A stretch of DNA of 62,845 nt, counting the filler, from Choristocarpus tenellus KU-1152 (lineage: Eukaryota; Protista; Phaeophyceae), in the NCBI GenBank assembly GCA_964200185.2. It is 8 parts of 8 records of this genome, joined end to end, with 100 filler letters (N's around TTAATTAATTAA, not from the genome) between each part and the next. Parts side by side here need not be neighbours in the genome. Positions count along the whole stretch, not along the records: positions 46,571 to 53,560 come from CAXNAD020006915.1; positions 53,661 to 62,845 come from CAXNAD020003900.1; 6 more parts are not named here. One strand, written 5' to 3'. Positions 51,641 through 62,774 of this stretch are shown here, in pieces. The first letter of the stretch is position 1; each line of letters begins with the position of its first letter. The notes beneath the pieces were generated by a model. That model was given only the letters and a program-made list of their open reading frames with translations. It made no database searches and had not been told where the DNA came from. The translations under genes were made by a program, and so were the position numbers.

Positions 51641-53472
51641 CAACTCATCCCCCAGGAGTGGTATTGCTGCTGCTGCTGCTGCAGAATTGCACTAATTTTT
51701 GAGGTACTTTTTTTTTTTCCTTTTGTTTCACCCCCTTTTGTGGTGGAATGTTGTGGCCGACTTTGAAAGCAAGAAGAGAGTTAAGTTTCCTCGAGGAGAT
51801 GGCTACACATGCAATAGGGGGAAGGAGCTGGAGGTTACGGTAGGAAAGGGGCTGTCAACACTAATTTGAGGCAGATAGTGTTAGCAGCTGCACAGGTAGC
51901 TCTCTTGAGGTGTGCCTTGTGATTCAACCTTGAGACACTCTAGGCAGGTGGACAAGAACAGGCCTCACAGGTTCTTGGTATTTTTTCCTAGTTTCTCAAC
52001 CACCTTTTTTGTAAGTCTAGGCTAGGAAGATAGCACCATTAGAAATTGAAAGGGCTGAAATGGATTGCAAGTGATTCTTAGCATTCTCATTGGAGGGATG
52101 TGTTTGAATTTCCCTGAACTGATAGGACTACTTTGGGAGTGTTAGAATATTTGGATGTCATCCAAATTTCCAAATACAAACAGAACTAATCGGGAAGTTT
52201 GGTTGGTTAGCTTGAGTAAAAAATCCAAATGCAATCGACCAATGAGAAGGCTGAATCCATCATGATCCGAATCAGCCCTTCCGATTTATTTTGAAGAATT
52301 TAAACTTGTACTTTGAGTTTGTGATAAAGATCTGATTCTTTTTTTCCATTTTTTTTTTAAGACTGGACTGGGGCTATGATATATCGACCCAATCATAGTC
52401 AAATCGTACACACTGTGCATGGGTTGAGGCATGCAAGTTGCTGAGATTTGTAGGCATAGTGCGTGTTTGCTAGAAAACAAGCAATTGATATTTTTACCCC
52501 TCAACTTTCTGTTTCCATCAAACGCAATTTCAATGCCTGTGCAATCAGTACGACCCACAACAGCACTGCTAGATTCAAATCGTGGAATATTAGATTCAAA
52601 CTGTGTGTCCTGGATGGTTCGCGAAACCTTGATGTTGAAAAAAGGTCTTTGATCTTTTTTGAGCTCTACTTGAAATACTCCCGTTGCCAAATCTGGACGG
52701 AACTTCGTGCCAACTATCCGAGACGTGTGATAACTTCCGAGGTGACCAAGGTTCTCTTGATGTGGTATTTACTCAGGATTACACACTCATTATCAACTAT
52801 CGACTTAAATGCTTACGTTGAGTTTTGACAAATCATGCCATTATATTAGACTACTATTCCTACCTGCTAAAGAACTAGAACCCAATAGTTCTGATATTGT
52901 AATAGGAGTGAAAAGGAGCTGATATGGGGGTACTGCTGAGTTTCAAAGGCCCTTCTGACTTTCTGGTGGCACATATATTTTGGAGCGCTAAGTCTACACC
53001 TGTGGAGTGCATTTTGTCATATATTTGTCAGTTATTTTGTGAGTATAGTCAGTTCGCATCATACTATCCTTCTCAACACCTTTTTTTATATGTCACCTCT
53101 TAAATCAAAGCCGGAAAAAGTTGATCTTCAATGCAGCAAAAAATCACACACACCCCATGGCCACTTGACTTCTGTAAGTATAGGCACCCAAGTTAGATAC
53201 ATAGTGTATTGCAGTTGAGTCCCCGGAGCTTACCCTTCATGCACGAGAGAACCACTCCTTGCTTTTTAGCCAATCATAGCAAGTCACAAGCTCCTCATAG
53301 TATGTAAGGGCTGTGAGCCCATTGAAGATCCTGTTTACTCTTATTCTGTAGCTGGTCACAAAGCAGTACTGTGTCTTCCAAAGTCCGGTGTCTTCTTGGC
53401 CCAACAAAAAGGAATGTTTCAAAATCTGAGTTATGCCATTGTGATTCAATGTAGTAGTTCGATGGACTACCT

Positions 53473-53487
53473 GACTCAAAGTATCTG

Positions 53488-53520
<33 letters not shown>
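53473..53520 (-). mobile_element. Family B MITE terminus at contig end
   Basis: GACTCAAAGTATCTGGGAG(G)n is the reverse complement of the 3' terminus. Confidence 0.7.
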
Positions 53521-53522
<2 letters not shown>

Positions 53523-53660
53523 GCGCACAGGGTGCCACTCCCCTTTTTTTCTTTGCCGGTNNNNNNNNNNNNNNNNNNNNNNNNNNNNNNNNNNNNNNNN
53601 NNNNTTAATTAATTAANNNNNNNNNNNNNNNNNNNNNNNNNNNNNNNNNNNNNNNNNNNN

Positions 53661-53719
53661 GGTTATGGTCCAAATGGACACCCTAGTGTAGCCCCCCCCC
53701 CCCCCTGATACTTTGGTTC
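53661..53719 (+). mobile_element. Family B MITE 3' part at contig start
   Basis: GGTCCAAATGGACACCCTAGTGTAG(C)nTGATACTTTGGTTC. Confidence 0.8.
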
Positions 53720-53949
53720 TTGGTGGAAATTTTGCTTGCTATTGGTGCCACGTCCTGTACCTACTTGTTCAAGTTTCCACATGATGTGGCATTCCAAAAG
53801 TATGTACGGTCCTGTGTACCTACAACCACCACAACATCACCATCTTCATAATCATAGTCCAGAAGAAGTAATAGAGTTGAACACTAGAAGAAAACGTTGT
53901 GCTTTTTATTGTGAGCAGATATAAAACAGTTGGCGATGTTTACCGTCAG

Positions 53950-55080
53950 ACTCTGGACTTGCAGTGTACAGAGTATCCCGCGGGTGCATTCAAGGAGTGC
54001 TGCAAAGTTCAATAGTCAACTAGTGCCAAATATGTTCTGGACCTTCTGCATGTAATGTACCACCTACATTAATGGCTCAAAGTATCTAGGGGGGAGTGGT
54101 GGCTGTCCATTTGAGGTCAATTTTTTCATGTCGCGAATTTGGGATGATTTGGTTGCATACGTCGGATGGATAACGTAAATGCTCTTTTCCTGATTTTATC
54201 CCAAATGGACACCCTGGTGCAGACCCCCCCCCTGGATACTTTTGGCTAATGGCAGGTCAATCTCTTTCTTCACCATATCTTCTAAATGTGGTGTTGTTTA
54301 ATGTACTTTGAAGTACTTCAGATTAGTTGGTTGCATGCCGATTTGTTATCCAAAGAAGCAGGCTTCTTCAATTAAACTTTGTAGCAGGATGCAGGGTTGG
54401 ATTCCGCATGCGTTCGGTACAAAGAGTTAATAGATTACATCTCGAGCATGCCTCTATGTAGGTAATTGAGGTGTGTGATGTGATATGCAGCATGCTTTGT
54501 TCTGTCCCAAGCAAGGAGCCTTCTCCATGGTTTATTATATGTAGATAGACACACAAATACTATATAGGTATATGGATTTTTACCACCAATGGGTATTACT
54601 TTCTGAGACAGTGCAATCTCTAATACTGAGTGTTGACACCATTGATGGAGAAGTGGTTGCCAGTTAACTCATTATGCCGCGAGATTCATTCTGCACAAAA
54701 AGAAAACTAGAGAGGTAGTAGATACTGAATGGAGTATGTTGAACTTTGATAATAGTATAATATCATGTTGCATACCTTCCTACACCCATACGTCCGCTAA
54801 GCAATGATTGAGTCCTTTGGTATCCTTAGTATCTCATCTGTCCTTAGCATGGCCATCATCCTGCCCCACATGAATTGCCAAATCGTTTTCCTGATATTTG
54901 TTTTGCGTAACAACCCCAAGTCATGCATAGTCCAAACATCTTTAGCCTTACCAGATCCCTTAGCTACAGGCATTATCAGTTCAATTTGAATTGATCGCTT
55001 GTAAGGGTGAATCAGCCCATGGACATGTGCAAGTCCATAGACAGATGCACTTGCTTGAACAAAACAAAGTCCATACACAA
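53950..55080 (-). mobile_element. Possible decayed tyrosine-recombinase (Crypton-like) relic
   Basis: MAMLRTDEILRI (box I-like LR..E), LCVYLHIINHGEGSLL and GYSVH occur in the expected order on the minus strand but in broken frames. Interrupted by the family B MITE at 54074. Confidence 0.3.
54074..54246 (+). mobile_element. Family B MITE, complete copy, TSD TAAT
   Basis: GGCTCAAAGTATCTAGGGGGG...CCCCCTGGATACTTTTGGC, with TAAT at 54070-54073 and 54247-54250. Confidence 0.88.
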
Positions 55081-57240
55081 ATTACGACAAAACTTATCTT
55101 AAAGAACACAGAATACCACGATCAGCATAGAATACCTAAAACACACAAAACAACAACATAGCATATACTATTGTGCCCAATGACAGGTTGCAGGGATTGT
55201 CACATAGGAAAACAATAAATTTATAGGAAAGAACACAATAAGGATTCATGCAGTTTCAGATACACCATCTGTAACAGGTATGCAATAATATTTTGCTAAA
55301 CCGTTGGGCGGGAGAGGGGGGTGGTTGCAAATATCCACTGTTTCCCATTTAGCCAAATACGTCTATATCAAAAATCCGGCTGTTTAACAACTTGTTGGGG
55401 GTGGCAAACATTATTCACCTTGAATAGCACTCCATACTATACTTGGCGACAATTGATTAAGACGAGAACGTGCGCAACATTATGAACGACCAAACCGAGC
55501 CCTTCAGTCCAAAACATTTGCTCGGAGTATAATACTGTTTCACACTCCTAAAACTCTGCCATATACCTACAAGCCACCCTCTATTTTCTTCTATCAACAT
55601 TGACCAACTAATTCACCGTTTTTTTGAGCAAAGTGAAGGTTTCAGCCCCAAGTTAGAGCCCTTTAGCTGGCACATCCACCGTGCGATGCACATATTTCAA
55701 GCCATGCAATCTATGGCGGTTCTTGTCCAGCGGTATGGAACTCTTCACCTGTTTGATGAACTTGCATTAATAAAAGTGTTTGATAGGTCTTGTACCACAA
55801 TGAAGTGTATGTTGCCAAGGATTGATCTATGGAGTAATGCTAGACCGCAGATACACGTGTCCTGCAAGGCAAGACATGTGATGGATGTGGTTCTGCACAA
55901 CCGCTTGATTCGTGACAACTTGTTTATTGAACATTGTGTTAGAGACCCTATGTTGGTAACAATGTGGTGTATAGTCCTAACGATGAACGTTCGAAAAAAT
56001 TATTGTGACATGCCCTACTTGGTGACCTACGACACTGAGTCAAACCAATTGGGAGGCAGGCAGGTTTGGGACCCTCACATTCTAAGCCATCTTTATTTAC
56101 CTGTGCACAATATTGTACACAAATTTGATACCCCCCTTTTCCACTTACAAAGTGACACAACAATCCAGGAAAGGATCTTTCTGCAATTGTAGGAAATGAC
56201 ATATTTTTACCCTTTCTCGGGACCCTTGAAATGCATCCCTTCGTACCTCTCAATTGGTTTGACTCACTATCACACTGTTGTAATAGCATCTCCGACAAAT
56301 GGGTCAAGAGTTACGTATTCCTGCACAAAGACAGCTAGAGTTTGCATGGCTTGAAATGGGTACGGGAATTGCGCAGCAAATAATGTTCCAGTTAAAGTAC
56401 CCTGACTGGAGTCTGGCATCCTTCCCTTTGTGCAGGAAATGATGAATGATGGGTGGTCAATGTGCAACAAAAGTAGATTGTAAAAATGCTGGGTAGCTCC
56501 TTTAATATGGGGTGGGTTTCCCCCAAGGGCTTCCACGTGCAGAGTGCACCATGCTCCAAAACATATGTGTTGACAATCACAGTATCATTTTGCCAAAGTG
56601 CAATGTTGTCCCGAGTTGTGGAACCCTCATATGGCAGCAGTGGAGAAGGTAACAGATCAATCAGACGATATGAAGACTAAGGTTGCCACCAAAATGGACA
56701 TTAGAGAAAGGGAAGGTTCGATTTTGTAATGAATGTTGTCGGATATTGCAGAACGACAACAAAGGCAAAGGACTACGCCTGTTCAAAACGGGAGTACAGC
56801 AAAGGATATTTTTTTCCCATTTGTAAGAACTTTTATTAATGAACAAAGATCCTAACTGGATAGCAGAACACCATACCCAACTTTTAAAGATGAACTGCTT
56901 GAACTAAAAGCTATGATAGCGCTATGAAGTTGGGGTGAAATTGAGGGAAGAATACCATGAGTCAGTGAGGGCTATTGTCTTAAGGTTTTCTTTGTGCATT
57001 GGCGATCAAATGTCGGTACATCAGGGATCCGATGCCAATGCTTCGATATTTCAAGGGCAACAGATAAGTTGAGAAGGTTTTTAGGGGTCACTCGACGGCC
57101 AAATATCCCACATCTGACTTCTTTGATGTCATTTTGTTTCAAAAGAATCTGAAATACATCCACACCTACCCTTCATAATTATAAAAAAAAGTCATTTAAC
57201 AATATTAATGTTGGGCACTAAATGCACATGCAAATGTAGT

Positions 57241-57314
57241 GGTCCCGTAGCTCAGCTGGTTAGAGCGTTCGACTGTTAATCGAGAGGTCGTGAGTTCAAT
57301 CCTCACCGGGACCG
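57241..57314 (+). tRNA. tRNA-Asn (anticodon GTT)
   Basis: 74-nt cloverleaf: acceptor GGTCCCG/CGGGACC, D arm GCTC..GAGC, anticodon arm TTCGA-CT-GTT-AA-TCGAG, T arm GTGAG-TTCAATC-CTCAC, discriminator G, no encoded CCA, followed by T-runs. Confidence 0.96.
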
Positions 57315-57330
57315 TTATTTTAACTTTTCT
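57315..57330 (+). terminator. Probable Pol III oligo-T terminator of the tRNA
   Basis: TTATTTTAACTTTTCT immediately follows the discriminator base. Confidence 0.6.
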
Positions 57331-57525
57331 GTTTGTCTTTCAAGGATCGGTTTCGAAAACTATGGAAATGGAGGCATAATAAGCTGAAATTCTGTCTATA
57401 AGCAGAATACACCATGCTATCATCACATTTTCCCACGCCCCCTGATCTTCACCATTTTGGATGTACAGTCAAAACCACAAGAACAGGATCCAGTTCCTCA
57501 AGTGGTTAAAGTTTTAGACTGTATT

Positions 57526-57992
57526 TGTTACATGCAAATAGCGCTAGCGTTCATTTCCGCGTGCCAACATCCGCGAACAGTATATACATACGTAAGAATT
57601 CATACTAGAGGAACTTTGAATTGATAGAAGATGCAGAGTAAGATTCGAAATGCATACACAACCTCACAGAATAGACGTCAATTCCTTTAAATTGCAGAAT
57701 AAAGATTTATGATTGGAGTATTTATACAGCAGTTTGCAGATGTCACTTAACTCTTTGGCTGTAGAACAACGGTGGAAGGCGTTAATAAAAGACTGAGTTG
57801 CTGGCCACACGGCTCAGTACTTGTGATCCTTATCCTCTTTTGATAAAGCTAAAAGCAAAACATCGACTTAGCTAGACATCAACTGACATCATCCATGGCC
57901 ATCATCTGTGTATCCCCCTGTAGCGTCGTTTTAAGGTGATTGGATTTGAGTTACACATCCTGTGGAGGTGAGTTCTGGAGCGTGTTGTAACA
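57526..57992 (-). mobile_element. Family A element, complete copy, imperfect TSD TATT/TATC
   Basis: TGTTACATGCAAATAGC...GGAGGTGAGTTCTGGAGCGTGTTGTAACA. Closely similar to the 58174 and 58299 copies. Confidence 0.85.
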
Positions 57993-58298
57993 TATCAAGA
58001 AGAGATGGTAAGTTCAATTCTCGTCGCAATTGGCATTTTTGCCTCACTGTTTGTAAGTGATTCTAACCAAACCATATGGGAATCGCTCTTCGTGCCTAAA
58101 TTCTCACCTTGTAAGCTCAATATATCATGTCGTCTTCGTGTTTTTTGGGGTTGTACATCGAACACCCAGTTAGTGTTACAAAACTCACCTCCACAGGATG
58201 TGTAACTCAAACCAATGACCTTAAAACGACGTTACGGGGGGGTATTTACACAGATGAGTACCACGGATGGTGTCATCTGATGCTTAGCTCAGTCGATG

Positions 58299-58748
58299 TG
58301 TCATAGGCGAATAGCACGAGCATTTCTTCTCGCTTTCTAGTAAGCGCAAGCAGTATACGAGATTCGTAGCTCATACAGGTAACTTCACAGAATAGACATC
58401 CATTCCTCGAAGTTGCAGAATAAATATTTATGATTGGAGTATTTATACAGCAGTTTGCAGACATCATTTAACTCTTTGGCTGTAGAAAAACGGTGAATGA
58501 CGTTAATAAAAGACTGCCTTGTTGTTGACCACACAATTCAGTACTTTGATCCTTACCCTCTTTTGATAAACGAAAAGCGAAACATCGACTGAGCTAAGCA
58601 TCAACTGACACCATACGTGGTCACCATTTGTGGACCCCCCATCATACACCGTCTTAAGGTCATTGGATTAGAGTTGCACATCCTGCGGAGGTGAGTTCTG
58701 GAGCGTGTTGTAACATGGAGGTCCTACCGAGACTTCCACCTTGTAACA
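58299..58748 (-). mobile_element. Family A element nested in reverse inside another copy, TSD GATG
   Basis: GATG at 58295-58298 and 58749-58752. Begins TGTCATAGGCGAATAGC and has two TGTAACA ends (58709-58715 and 58742-58748). Confidence 0.85.
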
Positions 58749-58991
58749 GATGTTTTGCTTTTCGCTTTTATCAAAAGAGGGTAAGGATCACAAGTACTAC
58801 TGGGTCGTGTGGCCAGCAACTCAGCCTTTTATTAATGTGATTCACCGTTTTTCTACAGCCAAAGATTTAAGTGACATCTGCAAACTGCTATGTAAATACT
58901 CCAATCATAAATCATTATTCTGCAACTTCCAGGAATTGACGTCTATTCCGTGAGTTTATGTATGCATTTCGAGTCTTGCTCTGCATCTTCT

Positions 58992-59171
58992 GGGTCAAAG
59001 TATCTGGGGGGGGGTGGCGGCTGTCAATTTGGGGCTAATTTTTTCATGTCGCGATTTTTGTGTGATTTGGTTCCATACATTGGATGGATAATGAAAATGC
59101 ACTTTTCCTGGTTTTGGTCCAAATGTACACTCTCGTGTAGACCCCCCCCCCCCTCCCAGATACTTTGGGTC
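58992..59171 (+). mobile_element. Family B MITE, complete 180-bp copy, TSD TTCT
   Basis: GGGTCAAAGTATCTG(G)n ... (C)nTCCCAGATACTTTGGGTC with TTCT on both sides. The paralogous site in the 57526 element (~57605-57640) is empty. Confidence 0.92.
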
Positions 59172-59787
59172 TTCTATCAATTCAAAGTTCCTCTTGAATT
59201 AATTCTTACGTGTGTATACCGTTTGCGCATGTTGGTACGTAGAAATAAATGCTCCCGCTATTCGCCTGTAACATTAGCTGGGCAGGCCCCATCCCTCAAC
59301 ATCTTTCGAAAGCCCTGTCCTGGTCCCTCTACGAGATACATTGCCCAGACCAGACCATGACCCAACCCGGGTAGCCTTTTGTTATGCACTGGGCCGACCT
59401 GGGAAATTAACATTTTATCCAGGCTAGACTTTTCAAAACAGTGTAATAACTGGGCCAGCATGGGGTTATGTACTAATCTGTGACTTTACTCTTCGTGCTC
59501 GATGCTTTTAATTTCCACGGTACTGCTATTTCAGGAAAAATAGGAAAGATTACAAAACATTGGAGAATACACCCTTAATCGAATATACATTCACAAATTG
59601 TATTCTTTGCCTTTCCATATTTATTTTTCTCCCTCATGATGACAACACATGCAAGATGTCAGCAGACACAATAATAATACACAAATCTATTTTGTCAGTC
59701 ACAATGCAAGTGGCGATCTCAAGGCATCAGTTGCATCCGAAGGTAGGAACGCTGGGTCTGTAGGGCTTGAAAGACTTGCGGGGCTCT

Positions 59788-60087
59788 TGTTACAGCATGC
59801 TCCAAAGCTTACCTCCACGGGATGTATAACTCCAGTTCACAAGCCTACGGATGGCGCTGATGCACGTACAGGGCTCCTGATGAACAAGTCATCAAGTATG
59901 CTGGATCTCTCACTTGGATTATTCCCTTCATAAATATAATCAATATCGTCATATGAAAGGAACTGACAATGATGTACCGCCTGGGAGCATGAAAATAACT
60001 AAATAGTCAAGAGGTACAAATATATCAAATCTAGGACTTCTCATAATGGTATTTAGAAACCGCCATGAAGACATATCACCTCTAGCA
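59788..60087 (+). mobile_element. Family A short subfamily copy
   Basis: TGTTACAGCATGCTCCAAAGCTTACCTCCACGGGATG... Near-identical to 61972-62287, and the first ~90 bp are shared with the copy at 165. Confidence 0.8.
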
Positions 60088-60394
60088 TGCCCCCCTAGCA
60101 TGAAGCATAACTGCTTCAATGCGATAAACAGGCGATTGGACAAGGAAATATAATGTCACTCCTCACCCTATCATGAACGTAGCAGAATTGAAATTAATGT
60201 CACTTCCAGGTTCTAAAATATCAGTAGGCAGCGTTGGGGATCCAGTGGAAAAGGAAACCTGGAGGGAAAACCCCCTTCCAGCGTTTGCCCTGACGACAGA
60301 TATGCTAGTGCGACGCTCACTCCTCACATCACTCACTCTGCATTTGACCAAACATCCAAAAGAAAACTTCCTACACCAGAGTCTCACACACAAG

Positions 60395-61400
60395 TCAAAA
60401 GTAGGGTACTGTATGAAAAGACTCCACCCCCTCTAAGCTTATAAACATAAATATAGACACAAAACCAGTGTAGCACTGAAATTGGGTACTACCATAGACT
60501 CTCCCCCTTCAGAACTAAAACACAGTAACTACAGGACACCAAGACAATGTCTCACGGTCACAAAAGAGATTGGGTTCTGCCACGGAAAGGCTTACCCTCC
60601 CTAGGAACTATGAACATATAAAAAAATACTAACTTCTTACAATAATATAAAATTAGGGAGTGTCTCTCCCTCTTCACAGCTATCAACACAAATGAATACA
60701 TGCACAAAATTACAATAGTACTGATATAGGGTACTGCCATAGACTGTCCCTCTTTGCAACTATAAACACAAACTACAGGACAACAAGAAAATGTAGCAAA
60801 AGTAACGAAAAATAAGGTGCCGCCATAGAAAGGCTTGCCCTCCCTATGAACTAAGAACAGGAAGCAAGAAAAGACTGCCTCGAAATAACAGAAAAATAGG
60901 GGGTGTCATAGCAAGACTCTCCCCCCTCACAAATATCAACAAAAATGAATATGGATGCAAAATCATAATAGCACTGAAATAGGGTACTGCAATAGACACT
61001 TCCCCTTCAGAACCATAAACACAAACAACTATAGGGCACCAACACAATGCCTCACAGTGACATAGGTAGGGTGCTGCCATGGAAAGGGTTACCCTCCCTA
61101 GGAACTATGAACATACATGAAAATAATGACTAATGTCTTACAATATCATCAAAATAGGGAGTGTAATAGCAAGACTCTCCCCCTTCACAACTATCAGCAC
61201 AAATAGTACAGGACAAGAATAACGTCTCAAATACAGACAGAAATGCCTAACAATCACATGAAATAGGGAATGTCGAAACCAGACTCTCCCCTTCGCAACT
61301 ATCAACACAAAGAAATACAATACACAAGCATAATGTCTCAACAAATATAGACAAAAAAGTCTGGCAATAACATAATAATAGGGAGTATCATAGTGCGACT
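60395..61400. repeat. Degenerate higher-order satellite (~80-bp subunits in a ~245-255-bp period)
   Basis: AAATAGGG..CTGCCAT..GACTCTCCCCCTTC..AACTAT.AACACA recurs about a dozen times. The GGAAAGG.TT.CCCTCCCTA.GAACTA variant recurs at ~60584, 60827 and 61081. Confidence 0.8.
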
Positions 61401-61971
61401 GCTCACAATGGTTAGAGTGCGAAAGCAGATATGCTATTGGTTGCCATTTCATAACAAGGGACTCCAGTTCCAATTTTTCCAGTTGCTTCTAACACGGGGA
61501 CTCCAGTTCCAAATTAACCAGTTGTTTCCAACAATGATCGATATATCTCCTATTTTCCTTTGAGGATGTATCCCTACAAGTCGTAAGACACAGTCAGAAA
61601 CAATAAATATCTGATCACATCAGAGTATATACTTTCATAAAATATATATACTCCACTAGGCACAAAATAGATCAACAAATATCATTGTCTTCCTCGGGAA
61701 AATCTGTCCCAAGGGTCACAAAATACCATCAGAGTCAGTTTGCGTCTGACCTAATCCGAGTACACACTTCTTCCTTCTGAACTAGACCTTCAAAAGTTAC
61801 GAAGCATACATCTCTGATACGGCCTAGAATAAATGGGTCCACAGTTCTGATCTCTCTAATCACGAACGTGATTGATTTATATCCATGTTCCCTTTGAAAG
61901 TGTCTGTCCACCACGTCACAGGATACAATCACACTCAATTTGCATCTAGCCTGATCAGAGCACGCACTCAA

Positions 61972-62287
61972 TGTTACAGCACGCTCCAAAGCTTACCTCC
62001 ACGGGATGTATAGCTCCAGTTCACAAGCCTACGGATGGCGCTGATGCACATACAGGGCTCCTGATGAACAAGTCATCAAGTATGCTGGATCTCTCACTTG
62101 GATTATTCCCTTCATAAATATAATCAATATCGTCATATAAAAGGAACTGACAACGATGTACCGCCTGGGGGTATGAAAATAACTAAACAATAACTAAATA
62201 GTCAAGAAGTACAAATATATCAAATCTAGGACTTCAAGGTCATAATGGTATTTATGAAACCACCATGAAGACATATCACCTGTAACA
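61972..62287 (+). mobile_element. Family A short subfamily copy
   Basis: TGTTACAGCACGCTCC...ATATCACCTGTAACA, a direct repeat of 59788-60087. Confidence 0.82.
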
Positions 62288-62381
62288 ATCTTCCCTTGTT
62301 TCTACACCACCTTCATAGAGCCGGCTAAGGATTACTTTCAGATGTACTTGTCTCAGAAAGTTTCTTGCTTTTTCTTGTTCA

Positions 62382-62681
62382 CATTACAGGCGTTAGGTCC
62401 TGCAGTTACATAAACTCTATTGTGAGCTTAAGTCCTAGATTTTATATCTTGCACTTCTTGACTATTTAAGTATTACTTAGCCATTATGAGACCATTCGTT
62501 GCCCGTAGTTCTTTCTACACCTCAATCAAATAATAATAAAGTAAACAATCAAGGCGAGAGATTCAGCATATTTGATGACGTTTTCACTATGGCGCCATCT
62601 GCAAGCCTCATTGTTAGTCTACAGGCTTGTAGGTTGGAGCTACATATCCTATCGTGGTAAGCTCGGAGAGCGTTTTGTTAA
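62382..62681 (-). mobile_element. Family A short subfamily, diverged reverse copy
   Basis: The reverse complement contains GCTTACC..GGATATGTAGCTCCAA..ACAAGCCT, GATGGCGC, TATGCTGAATCTCTC and AAATAGTCAAGAAGT..AAATCTAGGACTT in the same order as the 61972 copy. Confidence 0.7.
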
Positions 62682-62774
62682 ACTTCCACTTCCACCCCAA
62701 CTCTTGTTGATGTATCAGAAGATCTCTATGGTTAAGCAGTGTAGACCCTCTTGCTGTTGTGTTTGTTATATTCT

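Larger units (their letters stand above)
58174..59273 (+). mobile_element. Family A element (host of two nested insertions), TSD TTAG
   Basis: TGTTACAAAACTCACCTCC...GCTATTCGCCTGTAACA, with TTAG at 58170-58173 and 59274-59277. Removing 58299-58752 and 58992-59175 restores colinearity with the 57526 copy. Confidence 0.88.
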
